Source: a virus
Virus record (IMG/VR): IMGVR_UViG_3300042545_001167
Location: 52,710-116,709 of that record
Strand: one strand, 5' to 3'
DNA length: 64,000 nt
Shown piece after piece: positions 38,854 through 48,257 of this stretch. Below the pieces are notes generated by a model. The model ran no database searches, was not told where the DNA came from, and worked only from the letters and a program-made list of their open reading frames with translations. The position numbers were made by a program, and so were the translations under genes. The stretch's first letter is position 1; each line of letters starts with the position of its first letter.

Positions 38854-39844
38854 TGATACACATATCCTCAACTAATTGTTTAAATGAAGTCTTAGGTTTC
38901 CAACCCAGTTTCTCCTTTGCCTTAGAGGCATCACCCAATAAAGTTTCAACTTCAGAAGGGCGGAAATATTTAGGATTTACACGAATGACCTCATTTCCAG
39001 TGAATACATCATATCCAACCTCATCCAATTCTTCACCTCTCCATGTAATTTGCATTCCAAAATAAGGTGCTGCTTCATCAATAAAATCACGAACAGAATA
39101 TTGCTCACCCGTAGAAATAACAAAGTCATCTGGAGAATCTTGCTGTAGCATCATCCACATTGCTTCCACAAAATCTTTGGCATGACCCCAATCACGCCTT
39201 GCATTTAGATTGCCAAGATGAAGAATATTTTGTTTTCCCTCAGATATTGCTTTCAGACCTCTAGTGATTTTACGAGTTACAAAAGTTTCACCCCGTCGTG
39301 GAGATTCGTGATTGAAAAGAATACCAGTGCAAGCATACATTCCATAAGACTCCCGATAGTTCTTTGTAATCCAGTATCCATAGAGTTTCGCTACCCCATA
39401 AGGAGAACGGGGATAAAAAGGAGTAGTTTCGCGTTGAGGAGTTTCTTGAACCAATCCATAAAGTTCACTTGTAGATGCCTGGTAAATGCGTACACGCTCT
39501 TCCATGCCCAGGAGACGCACTGCTTCAAGAATACGGAGAGTTCCCATGCCATCCACATCAGCAGTGTATTCAGGCATCTCAAAGGATACTTTGACATGAC
39601 TTTGAGCACCAAGATTATAAATTTCATCGGGTTGTACTTTTTGAATAACTCTTACTATATTAGTAGAATCTGTTAGATCTCCATAGTGAAGATGCAACCT
39701 ATTGTAAATATGATCAATTCTATGAGTATTAATTAAGGAAGATCTCCTAATAATACCATGAACCTCATATCCTTTTTCCAAAAGAAGTTCTGCAAGATAA
39801 GATCCATCTTGCCCAGTAATACCTGTAATTAATGCTTTCTTCAT
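38843..39844 (-). CDS. gmd: GDP-mannose 4,6-dehydratase
   Basis: [46 protein letters not shown]. Confidence 0.97.
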   Translation of the reverse strand: MKKALITGITGQDGSYLAELLLEKGYEVHGIIRRSSLINTHRIDHIYNRLHLHYGDLTDSTNIVRVIQKVQPDEIYNLGAQSHVKVSFEMPEYTADVDGMGTLRILEAVRLLGMEERVRIYQASTSELYGLVQETPQRETTPFYPRSPYGVAKLYGYWITKNYRESYGMYACTGILFNHESPRRGETFVTRKITRGLKAISEGKQNILHLGNLNARRDWGHAKDFVEAMWMMLQQDSPDDFVISTGEQYSVRDFIDEAAPYFGMQITWRGEELDEVGYDVFTGNEVIRVNPKYFRPSEVETLLGDASKAKEKLGWKPKTSFKQLVEDMCINEH

Positions 39845-40584
39845 CCGTGATATACCATTAAGTCAATTAATAAAGGTTTAATTTTATTGTTTTGTATGTG
39901 ATGTTTAATTAACAATTCATTACACCACCAACCATCAATTTCATTTGATTGTTTTACCAATTGCCCAATGTGGTTATATACTCCACAAAAAACATTCATA
40001 GAATTATTAGTTCCAATTGCAAACCAATCACTATACATTCCATAGGATAGTCTAGAATCGTGACATATTAATGTGTCATCGTCCAAATTAATAGCATCAA
40101 AATTAATAACTCCATAAGGAGAAAAATCCATTCTGCTACGAATTACTAAATCATATTCAATATCATTCGAAACTGAATATTGTTCTTTTAGTAGATTAGA
40201 CATCATTATACTATAGAACATACTATTTGTCATATCACTAAGGTATCCTTTAGCAACATCCAAACCCTGTTCCACATCTAATGCCCAACTAGGTCCATCA
40301 ACAAAGCATTTATCTGGAAAGTGATATTTTCTTTTCCAAGTTTTTGGTTTTTCAATATAAATCTGCTTTGGATTATAGTACTGAGCAATTTTTTCTATTG
40401 CATCAGCAGAGAGAGTTTTTCCTACTCTATCAGGAATAACTGAGTTTGTACTCAGATTGTTTGGATCAAACCAGGTATGAACAAAAACATCGACATCGTT
40501 ACCATCCAATATTGCCTGTTTTATTTTTGGGAAAGTAACATCAATATCTCTTGGTTGTCCAGATAAACACAATGCAATTTTCAT
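39841..40584 (-). CDS. Glycan-cluster hypothetical protein ([12 protein letters not shown] type)
   Basis: [24 protein letters not shown]. Confidence 0.55.
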   Translation of the reverse strand: MKIALCLSGQPRDIDVTFPKIKQAILDGNDVDVFVHTWFDPNNLSTNSVIPDRVGKTLSADAIEKIAQYYNPKQIYIEKPKTWKRKYHFPDKCFVDGPSWALDVEQGLDVAKGYLSDMTNSMFYSIMMSNLLKEQYSVSNDIEYDLVIRSRMDFSPYGVINFDAINLDDDTLICHDSRLSYGMYSDWFAIGTNNSMNVFCGVYNHIGQLVKQSNEIDGWWCNELLIKHHIQNNKIKPLLIDLMVYHG

Positions 40585-41369
40585 CAGTATCCCTCCTCAT
40601 CCCATCCCTCATAAAGAGGATCATAGGGTAAACAATAAATGTTATTCTTTGGCCAAATAAAATCAACTCCCCTTCTTGGAAATGATTTAAATGCCTTTTG
40701 CATTACTTCTTTGCTTATAATTTTTGCTTCTTGCCAGTTAGGTGCATTATCATAAAGATATTGTTCTTGATTTTCTACCATTTTCTTAACTCTATCATCA
40801 AACCTACTGCAATAGTATGCTCCAATATAAGTTTCTGGGCGAGTTAATAAATGCATGTAACTGGCGGCGTTGCTTCTATCAACACCAAGTTTTTGACACA
40901 AATCATTTACTTCAAATGGGATATCAAAAAGATTAATCATATCTTCTTTATATCCCCAGAACACATGGTCTCTTGGATGAAATAGAAAAGAAAAATAATC
41001 TCCACAAATAAAAATTTTTTCTTTCTTCTTGTTGCCAATGAAATAATCAAACATATTCAACATACCTTGATGATTGAATTTTTGATCACTTCGCATCTTT
41101 CCAACCAAATTAGAAGAAGATGCTTTAACTCCAGCAAGAGATGTAATAAGTTGTAAGTTGATATTCATAACTCCAGAATATGGAGGATATTCACTATTCC
41201 TTATATAACTTACTCTATTAGATTGGTATTCAGTTTTCTTATCATTTTCCCAACAAGAAACAATAATATTATCTACAAAATTAAGTTGCAAATAAGAGTC
41301 AATAATTTCATCAGTAAAATCTGTATATGGACCCTGAAGTACCAAATCCATTTTTTCTTTTGATGTCAT
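40584..41369 (-). CDS. WavE-like LPS synthesis protein
   Basis: LVLQGP, IIVSCW, NINLQLITSLAG, KMRSD, FHPRDHVFWG, PETY. Confidence 0.7.
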   Translation of the reverse strand: MTSKEKMDLVLQGPYTDFTDEIIDSYLQLNFVDNIIVSCWENDKKTEYQSNRVSYIRNSEYPPYSGVMNINLQLITSLAGVKASSSNLVGKMRSDQKFNHQGMLNMFDYFIGNKKKEKIFICGDYFSFLFHPRDHVFWGYKEDMINLFDIPFEVNDLCQKLGVDRSNAASYMHLLTRPETYIGAYYCSRFDDRVKKMVENQEQYLYDNAPNWQEAKIISKEVMQKAFKSFPRRGVDFIWPKNNIYCLPYDPLYEGWDEEGY

Positions 41370-41800
41370 AACAGAGAAGGATAATCAGTACAAATTGCGT
41401 AAGGAACTCCATTTAAAGACTTATCAAGAGAACTATCATCAAGTAATGGAATGATAGTATTTTCATCAATTTGCATATCTAAATCATGTAACCATATCTT
41501 TCCAGTTGAGGTGTAAATAAAAGGATCTTGAGTGTGGCAGAATGACTGATATTGCCAACATTCTTTTGCGGATTCTAGATTTTTACAATGCAACCAAAGA
41601 CAATCTCTGCGTTTTTCTAACCAGGTATGTTCAACTTTATATTGAGGTTCATCATGTCCCAACCAAAGTTCTCCATTAATTGAGCGAATATCAATCTCAA
41701 CATCATACCCATTGCCAATGGCACAATCAATATAACTTGGACGATTTTCTTGATTTGAGATTATGCCTCTAATATTACCTCTATGAGAAATAATTTTCAC
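41366..41800 (-). CDS. Short GDPD/PLC-like phosphodiesterase
   Basis: ISHRGN, EN, DVEIDI, LGHD, LHCK, ICTD. Confidence 0.7.
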   Translation of the reverse strand: MKIISHRGNIRGIISNQENRPSYIDCAIGNGYDVEIDIRSINGELWLGHDEPQYKVEHTWLEKRRDCLWLHCKNLESAKECWQYQSFCHTQDPFIYTSTGKIWLHDLDMQIDENTIIPLLDDSSLDKSLNGVPYAICTDYPSLL

Positions 41801-42108
41801 AATTCTTCAATCCTCAACGATTTGTCTTCAATAAAAAGATCATAGAAGGGTTTATTAACCTTCAGTTCATGATATTTTGCACCCCACTCTTCAAGTTGCT
41901 TTTTTGTCAACTCTGTCCAGTCAATTTGTTTACGACTACCACGAGCAGTCCAATAAACAATAGTATGACCTTCATCATACAGATTGTTAATCTTTTCTAT
42001 GTTTTCTAGAATTGGTTTTGCTTTAGTATAATCATGGGTCGTACCAAAATCAACACAAGTTTCTCTATGACAAATAGTTTCATCAATATCAACATAAATG
42101 ACTTTCAT
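41797..42108 (-). CDS. HAD-family phosphatase (capsule biosynthesis type)
   Basis: VDIDETIC, WTARG, KP..DLFIEDK. Confidence 0.8.
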   Translation of the reverse strand: MKVIYVDIDETICHRETCVDFGTTHDYTKAKPILENIEKINNLYDEGHTIVYWTARGSRKQIDWTELTKKQLEEWGAKYHELKVNKPFYDLFIEDKSLRIEEL

Positions 42109-42785
42109 TGATACATATCTCTCCTATAGTTTTCATTGGGGCAAGTATCAACTGCAGCAACCTCTTGTTTGGTGAGAAACTTAACTCCCCCCAATAACTT
42201 TGCACCAATAAAAATCTCTGCAGATTTTTCACACATCAAAGTAGAAGCTGCACAATCTTTTTGAGATGCAGATGCTGATATTATACCGTGATTCTGCAAC
42301 AAAATCAACTTAGGAAAATATCCCTCAGTATCTACAAACTTTGAAACATGCTCATCAACTAACTTTAGAATTGCTTCACCGGGAGGAGCATAAGGAACAA
42401 CACACGACTTGATTCCATTTCTTACAATCTGGTCAGGAAACCATCTATGATCTGCAAAATCATAAATTTCTTCTGAGCAAAGAATTTTTGTCGTGTGTGG
42501 TGGATGAGTATGAGAGATGAAATTAATCTCAGGAAATGTTTTCATAATCCAAGCATGAAAAGAAGTTTCAATACTTGGTTTTTTGTGGAGTAATTCTATT
42601 TGTGCTCCGTTAGTATTACATAAAGTTAAGTCTTCTTCTGATAAAGTATGAAGACTTGTTCCACTTGCTTTAATCAAAAAGGTGTCTTCACTTTGCCTAA
42701 CTGAAACATTTCCTTCTCCACAGATAGTAAAAGGACTTACAGTGTGTGCAAGAGATAATAGTTCATCAATTTGTGAAATAGTCAT
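42105..42785 (-). CDS. Class II aldolase/adducin family protein
   Basis: EGNVS, IKASG, KPSIETSFH, HTHP, LLQNHG. Confidence 0.85.
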   Translation of the reverse strand: MTISQIDELLSLAHTVSPFTICGEGNVSVRQSEDTFLIKASGTSLHTLSEEDLTLCNTNGAQIELLHKKPSIETSFHAWIMKTFPEINFISHTHPPHTTKILCSEEIYDFADHRWFPDQIVRNGIKSCVVPYAPPGEAILKLVDEHVSKFVDTEGYFPKLILLQNHGIISASASQKDCAASTLMCEKSAEIFIGAKLLGGVKFLTKQEVAAVDTCPNENYRRDMYQ

Positions 42786-44322
42786 TGTCGTAAGAATAAG
42801 GGTGCCAGTCTACTTTATTAAAAAATGTTTGCCAATATTGATAAGTTTTTAAATCATTAGGAGTTCCCCAACAGATATACTCATCAATCTCGAAGTTCTT
42901 TACAGTATAACCAAGTTTAATAGATTCATTAATAAGGTTATCAATATAAAACTCTCCATTAGTTTTAATATTTTTCTCGTAGAGTTTTTTCAAAGAACTT
43001 AGGTATATATTCTTATTGCGAAAGAACATCGTTCCAACTACTGCATATTCTTCAACAGGATTGTTTCCAATAAAATTCTTTACATCCACACAACGCACAT
43101 ATCCATCACTATCAACATCCAACCAAGAATACATATTCGGATTATGATGACTTGTATAATTATTGCGATAACTCCAAATAATTACATCATTATTTTCATC
43201 TTTGACTAGTTCGAGAAATTTATCCGAATCATAAAACATTCCATTGTCACATGCAGAGATAATAATTGATTTATCATCAACAATATTCACTAACCTCTCT
43301 GTTGTACAAGCTTGACCAGGAAGCACATCCTCAATCCATACAATATTTCCTGCAGGAACAGAATTATTATGTCCACTTAGGCATCCATAAATTATATCAT
43401 CAGTCTTTGGAAGGCATCTAACTGCCTGATCGACCATAGGTTTGCCATTAACAGGAATAAATGGTTTTGGAACAGTATAACCTATTTCAGAGAATCTACT
43501 TCCATATCCTGCCATAGGCAGAAGAGTCACGCAGTTAGAAATTTCAACTTCTCTCTGTCCAACAAGTGCCTTACGATAGTAATTGGACCACTGCAAATAC
43601 ATATCAAGGTCAAGAGGAGTTCCCCACTGAAGCATATATGGAACTTCATAAACAAAAGAATTTAAATTATCTTTGTTTAAAAGATTATAGATTAGACTTA
43701 CATAATATTCGCCACTTAAATTGACATCATCATCCATCATTTTTTGAAAGTACTTTTTAATATACTTTCCCTTTTTAAAGTAATAAGTTCCAGTAGAAGC
43801 AAACTCTGACATTTTATTATCAGTAAACGGTTGCTTCTCACGAACTTCTAAAATTTTATTATTATCGTCTACCTTACAAAAAGCATAATTATCACTACCC
43901 AACATGTGAGGATGGAATCCAGTATAACAAATTACACACCCATCACATTCAGTTTTATTTACAAAATTTTCAAAATCTCCATAATCCCAATACATTGAGA
44001 AATCGCAATAATTTACAACTACTTGCTCATCATCATCAATCAGATCAAAAATTTTAGATACTGTAAATACAGGACCCTTTTTATGAGATGGAATAGTAAT
44101 TATTTTTTTATTATCACAAAGTGTTTGTAAAAGATCTAATATGTTAGTCTGTTCTGCGTGTTTATCATTTACAATAAAAACAAATTCAGAGTCTGTTGGA
44201 TAAAGATTTACGATATGCTCAATTACAGTTTTACCATCTATTTCCAACAAGTATTTTGGTAGTTGATATCCCACTGCAGAAAATCTACTGCTCATCCCAG
44301 ACATGGGAATAATAACTTTCAT
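42766..44322 (-). CDS. Tandem two-domain sugar-phosphate nucleotidyltransferase
   Basis: IIPMSGMSSRF..PK and LPMAGYGSRF..PK; two GE(Y/F)Y and WGTP motifs. Confidence 0.85.
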   Translation of the reverse strand: MKVIIPMSGMSSRFSAVGYQLPKYLLEIDGKTVIEHIVNLYPTDSEFVFIVNDKHAEQTNILDLLQTLCDNKKIITIPSHKKGPVFTVSKIFDLIDDDEQVVVNYCDFSMYWDYGDFENFVNKTECDGCVICYTGFHPHMLGSDNYAFCKVDDNNKILEVREKQPFTDNKMSEFASTGTYYFKKGKYIKKYFQKMMDDDVNLSGEYYVSLIYNLLNKDNLNSFVYEVPYMLQWGTPLDLDMYLQWSNYYRKALVGQREVEISNCVTLLPMAGYGSRFSEIGYTVPKPFIPVNGKPMVDQAVRCLPKTDDIIYGCLSGHNNSVPAGNIVWIEDVLPGQACTTERLVNIVDDKSIIISACDNGMFYDSDKFLELVKDENNDVIIWSYRNNYTSHHNPNMYSWLDVDSDGYVRCVDVKNFIGNNPVEEYAVVGTMFFRNKNIYLSSLKKLYEKNIKTNGEFYIDNLINESIKLGYTVKNFEIDEYICWGTPNDLKTYQYWQTFFNKVDWHPYSYDNDYFTN

Positions 44323-44355
44323 AGACAACAATTTTGTTTATACTATGTATTCTAT

Positions 44356-44385
44356 AAAAAAAGAGGGGTTGTGTAAACCCCTCTT
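44356..44385 (-). terminator. Intrinsic terminator 3' of the manA-like RNA
   Basis: AAGAGGGGTT-loop-AACCCCTCTTTTTTT. Confidence 0.75.
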
Positions 44386-44391
44386 ATGTAA

Positions 44392-44790
44392 TTCAGGCTC
44401 GCCACCAATTCTTTGGCTGGAAATTGGAAACCAGGCGGGAGAGAGTCCCATCCGCACCACCAATTTTTTAAGGAAATTGGAAACCTAATGGGTCATTGAC
44501 TCCACCACCTAGTTTTAAGAAACTAGGAAAAGTTGGGACAGTTTTGCAAGTTCATTCACAGAAAAGAATGCACATAAAACTAAGACATCGTAGAGTTTTA
44601 GTTTAATTGCAAATGGTATAGTTAAAGAGCCACCAATAAACTTTACCAGTAGTCCATATTTAAAATCTCCCCATAGCATGATTTGATAACCAATAATGAG
44701 AAGAATATTGCCAAGATATCGTAGGATACTTGTTTTAGACATAAGGGGTTTTGCTCCCGACCAGGGCTAGTTTTAAGTCATACCGAGACT
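44392..44790 (-). ncRNA. manA-like structured RNA, interrupted by a 75-codon ORF
   Basis: 5' part AGTCTCGGTATGACT...CCCTGGTCGGGA, then three TTTCC-stem-loop-GGTGG modules ending GGTGGCGAGCCTGAA; name from recollection of the cyanophage manA motif. Confidence 0.65.
44515..44742 (-). CDS. Small membrane protein inside the manA-like RNA
   Basis: 75 aa, 2-3 hydrophobic segments, GGAG RBS. Confidence 0.55.
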   Translation of the reverse strand: MSKTSILRYLGNILLIIGYQIMLWGDFKYGLLVKFIGGSLTIPFAIKLKLYDVLVLCAFFSVNELAKLSQLFLVS

Positions 44791-44795
44791 ATTAT

Positions 44796-45566
44796 TTACA
44801 TCAACCACTGAACAAAACCAGTACGCTCTTTTCCATTGCTGGGAGTTACGCTATGGTATGATAAATCATTACTCAAATCACAAATAAAAACTCTGTTGTA
44901 TATAGGGAGTATTTGATCAATTAGAACCAAATCATGGACTTTATTATCAGCAAATCCTCCACCTGGACAATCAGTTTGAATTCTTTTATGAGTTGTTAAA
45001 AAATCCATCCTAGATTCTGGATTAATGTTATTAATTTTAAATGACGATTCAGAACATTCTTCATCAACTCTCCATAATTGTAACATGCCGCCATCTTCAT
45101 ATTTCCAATTTTTATTGAAGTAGCAAATAACTACAAGTTTTCTAGAAAAACTATCAGTATGAATCCAAAATCCATTTGCATATGGTCTGTGATACCTAAG
45201 TTTAATTTCAGTATGACATGGATGATTCAATTGATAGTTAGAATTTACCAATCGAACAAGATATTCGTGCCATTCTGGATTAAAAAATAAATCAGATCCA
45301 ATATGAATTTCTTGATTTGCAAATACAACAGATCCATCATAAGGAAGAAGTTCTGAATCAGTGTCAGACCTTCTATCAAGATATTCACTGAATTCTAAAG
45401 TTTGATGCTGCTTGATTAGTTCTTCTAACTTATCTTCTTTAAAGAAATTATCTAAAACTAGATATTTAATATCTGGTTTTGATTTTACAGTTTCCTGCAA
45501 TTGTTCAAAGTATGAAGAATTGAGATATTGTGGATTTATCCAATTAGAAAGAGTTTGCATTATCAT
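44796..45566 (-). CDS. 2OG-Fe(II) oxygenase (prolyl-hydroxylase-like)
   Basis: HTD, GGMLQLW, YHSVTP...R motif. Confidence 0.85.
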   Translation of the reverse strand: MIMQTLSNWINPQYLNSSYFEQLQETVKSKPDIKYLVLDNFFKEDKLEELIKQHQTLEFSEYLDRRSDTDSELLPYDGSVVFANQEIHIGSDLFFNPEWHEYLVRLVNSNYQLNHPCHTEIKLRYHRPYANGFWIHTDSFSRKLVVICYFNKNWKYEDGGMLQLWRVDEECSESSFKINNINPESRMDFLTTHKRIQTDCPGGGFADNKVHDLVLIDQILPIYNRVFICDLSNDLSYHSVTPSNGKERTGFVQWLM

Positions 45567-45799
45567 TCTTCAATATCATCAGGATCAATATAACATGGTT
45601 GATCAGTCAACCATTTCGCATACTCAATATCCTCCATTGCAAGAGAAAATTGCATAGAATTATCGAACAAATAAACGTCATTCCACCTCTTAGAATAATA
45701 ATCTTGCATTTGAAGACGGTAATCTGGTTTGCCGTTCAGTTCAATAATTCCCCGTTCAACAAACCTAAATCCCTCACGTTCAAGAAGAACTTTTGTCAT
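45563..45799 (-). CDS. Conserved cyanophage hypothetical protein
   Basis: 78 aa; ATGA overlap with upstream gene. Confidence 0.6.
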   Translation of the reverse strand: MTKVLLEREGFRFVERGIIELNGKPDYRLQMQDYYSKRWNDVYLFDNSMQFSLAMEDIEYAKWLTDQPCYIDPDDIEE

Positions 45800-46011
45800 G
45801 CAACCTCGATTGTTTCTAGATCAGAAAGAACATATTCCATAAGCATTTCATAATCATCCAGAGGATCACCAGAGAATACTACACCTTCTTGCTCATAAAA
45901 ACGGCGAACTTTTTTAAAGAGTTTTGGATTCTTTACATCAAGATAGAATTCACCATTAGCAGCACCACGAAGGGTTTGAACGTCTTTCTTAAATTTAGAA
46001 GTGAGAGTCAT
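45796..46011 (-). CDS. Conserved cyanophage hypothetical protein
   Basis: MTLTSKFKKD...LDVKNPKL; TTGACT-17-TATAAT upstream. Confidence 0.65.
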   Translation of the reverse strand: MTLTSKFKKDVQTLRGAANGEFYLDVKNPKLFKKVRRFYEQEGVVFSGDPLDDYEMLMEYVLSDLETIEVA

Positions 46012-46087
46012 TGTTTTGAATGTTGACCTTGTTATTATAGGAAAAATAGTGTTGAAAGTCAAGTAGGACAGTTCGGTTTCTGTCCAG

Positions 46088-46160
46088 TGCTGGTTGCGAG
46101 GATCGAACTCGCCTCCCATCGATTATGAGTCGATTGCATTCGCCAGATTGCTAAACCAGC
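46088..46160 (-). tRNA. tRNA-Met/Ile2 (CAT), elongator type
   Basis: Cloverleaf, loop CTCATAA, GTTCGA. Confidence 0.88.
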
Positions 46161-46183
46161 ATTCGCTATTCGCAAATAGCGAA

Positions 46184-46255
46184 TGGGGATACTGGGAGTT
46201 GAACCCAGACTAAGCCCTTATAAGGAGCCCGCTCTAACCATTAAGCTATACCCCC
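46184..46255 (-). tRNA. tRNA-Ile (TAT)
   Basis: Cloverleaf, loop CTTATAA. Confidence 0.88.
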
Positions 46256-46294
46256 ATAAATCCAGGTCTATTCTAGAGGACCTGGAACTCTTTG

Positions 46295-46528
46295 TCAAGA
46301 ACCTTCTTCGTGATCGGTGTGGATTTTAACTATATCATCAATATCCACATTTGCGTCTTCACATATCTGCACAACTTCATTGTAAGGAATCATAACTACA
46401 TTTCCATGCTCACTTGTTATGATAAATGATTCTCCTTTTTCAACTCTATCTATCAAGTTATCAAAATCTGCTTGAAACTCTTCTACTGTAAATGATTTAA
46501 GTTCGTTAATTTCTTGATACATTTTCAT
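46295..46528 (-). CDS. Phd/YefM-like antitoxin-domain protein
   Basis: FTVEEFQADFDNLIDRVEKGESFIITSEHGNVVMIPY. Confidence 0.7.
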   Translation of the reverse strand: MKMYQEINELKSFTVEEFQADFDNLIDRVEKGESFIITSEHGNVVMIPYNEVVQICEDANVDIDDIVKIHTDHEEGS

Positions 46529-46546
46529 AAAGTCAATTTTTATGAG

Positions 46547-46620
46547 TCGGAATGACAGGATTCGAACCTGCGGCATCTCGCTCCCAAAGCGAGTGCTCTA
46601 CCAAACTGAGCTACATTCCG
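46547..46620 (-). tRNA. tRNA-Pro (TGG)
   Basis: Cloverleaf, loop TTTGGGA. Confidence 0.93.
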
Positions 46621-47154
46621 TTACTTTTGTTTTGTTTGATGTATAACCATTATACCCAAGACTGGAACCATTGTCAAGAGGTAGCAAAGGATAAAAAGCG
46701 AAACCTGATTATCCAGAATTAAATGAGCAAAGTCTCTCATCGTACTCTATCTATAACAGCAAGAACCCCATGGGCATAGAAGAAAAGCAAAACCGAACCG
46801 ATTGTTGCTGATATTATTGTAGCAGTTTTATTGTGTTTGTCAATTGCTTTTGCAACTGATTGGTCAATCATTTCCTGTACTTCATCAGGAGTCATTTTTC
46901 ATCTCCAAGAAATTTTGCAAGAGGGTCGCGACCTGTCTTAATAATTTCACAGGCTCTACGATAAAACATATTACTGGTATTACCAGATTTCTCAAAAGTT
47001 TCTTTTATTTTTACCCAGTTATCAAACGTATGTTCGTCCATGGGTTTTCTGCGTAGTACTATTATATAATAGTTTTCAAATTTTGAATGTCAATGAAATG
47101 TGTCCATTATGTAACACTACTGAAGAAATTATTAAATTTTGGTATCAATTATAG

Positions 47155-47239
47155 CGGAGAGGGTCGGATTCGAACCCACGGAAGCTTTCACTTCGGCAGT
47201 TTTCAAGACTGCTGCCTTAAACCACTCGGCCACCTCTCC
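47155..47239 (-). tRNA. tRNA-Ser (TGA)
   Basis: Long variable arm, loop CTTGAAA. Confidence 0.93.
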
Positions 47240-47249
47240 AATATGAGAT

Positions 47250-47501
47250 TCAACGAATCTCGAAGTCCAGTTTACGAACTTTACGTTGTCTTCTTGCTTC
47301 CTGAAAAGCAAGATCTTGATTAGAAAGCACATTTGATTTTTGTGTTTCCTTTAATGAGTTTAGCATAACAACTCTAGATAAGTCAAGTGCTGAAATCTTA
47401 TCTCCGCGAATTGTTGCCATATTTGAACATCCACAAGTTATAGTTTTTGTTGGGTGTCCAAGTAATTCTTTGTTACAATCTTTGCATCTTATTGATAACA
47501 T
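47250..47501 (-). CDS. Small Cys-rich hypothetical protein
   Basis: CKDC...CGC. Confidence 0.6.
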   Translation of the reverse strand: MLSIRCKDCNKELLGHPTKTITCGCSNMATIRGDKISALDLSRVVMLNSLKETQKSNVLSNQDLAFQEARRQRKVRKLDFEIR

Positions 47502-47516
47502 TGTTCTTCATCCTAT

Positions 47517-47951
47517 TCACTGTAAATGTGATCTTAACATCCATACAAATTTGCCGTGGGATTCCATTAAGTCTTGAACCAAATTAGCAGTTGCATATTG
47601 CTTTTGTGCTTCTGATTCTTCCGAAATCTCTACCATTAACTCACAAAACTTGATGTTATTATCAAGAAGTTCCTGAAGCATTTCTCCTGCTCCTGTTGAA
47701 CTTGCTGCCTCTTTGATTTGAGTTACCTCAAGCATTCTTGAGAGAGAACTTAAAGGTTTAATATTTAGATATCTCATATGCTCAGAGAGTCTATCAACCT
47801 CTTCAAACATAGTCTCATACTGTCCGCCAAAGAGTTGATGAAGTTGAGTAAAATCACTTCCTACAACATTCCAGTGAAATGCCCAAGTTTTATGAAATAA
47901 AACAAAAAGTGACGATTGAGCATCACTTAAGAGTTTAAACAATTTCTCCAT
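47517..47951 (-). CDS. dps: Dps family ferritin-like DNA protection protein
   Basis: FHWNVVGSDFTQLH...F...Y...DRLSE; C-terminal KFVWMLRS. Confidence 0.92.
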   Translation of the reverse strand: MEKLFKLLSDAQSSLFVLFHKTWAFHWNVVGSDFTQLHQLFGGQYETMFEEVDRLSEHMRYLNIKPLSSLSRMLEVTQIKEAASSTGAGEMLQELLDNNIKFCELMVEISEESEAQKQYATANLVQDLMESHGKFVWMLRSHLQ

Positions 47952-47978
47952 TATACTTTTTTTCAAGTATTTATGCAA

Positions 47979-48051
47979 TGGGCAATCGCAGATTCGAACT
48001 GCGGACTTTCTGCGTGTAAAGCAGACACTCTAACCGCTGAGTTAATCGCCC
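47979..48051 (-). tRNA. tRNA-Val (TAC)
   Basis: Cloverleaf, loop TTTACAC. Confidence 0.93.
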
Positions 48052-48074
48052 GAAAGGTGATGAGTGGCCACCAC

Positions 48075-48178
48075 CCGCAGAAGACACTTTCTGCAATTTC
48101 ACCGTGTTAGAGAACGGTGAATAAGAGAAAACACCAAACCTTATTCTTCCTGTTTTCAGGAACGCACCAAATGGGTTG
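48075..48178 (-). ncRNA. wcaG-like structured RNA
   Basis: Two TTTGGTG motifs, each followed by stems (TTCCTG/CAGGAA; GAATAAG/CTTATTC); name from recollection. Confidence 0.5.
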
Positions 48179-48257
48179 GGAGACTCTAGAGATTTTACCT
48201 CCGAAGTTTGTCCAGCATTTTCAATTTGAAAGAATCAGACATTTCCAATCCTTCCAA

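Noticed and set aside
44400-44530. CRISPR-like array (three ccacc...ggaaa repeats)
   Set aside because: Repeats are degenerate with covarying stems, spacers are structured, and no cas genes are present; better explained as a structured ncRNA
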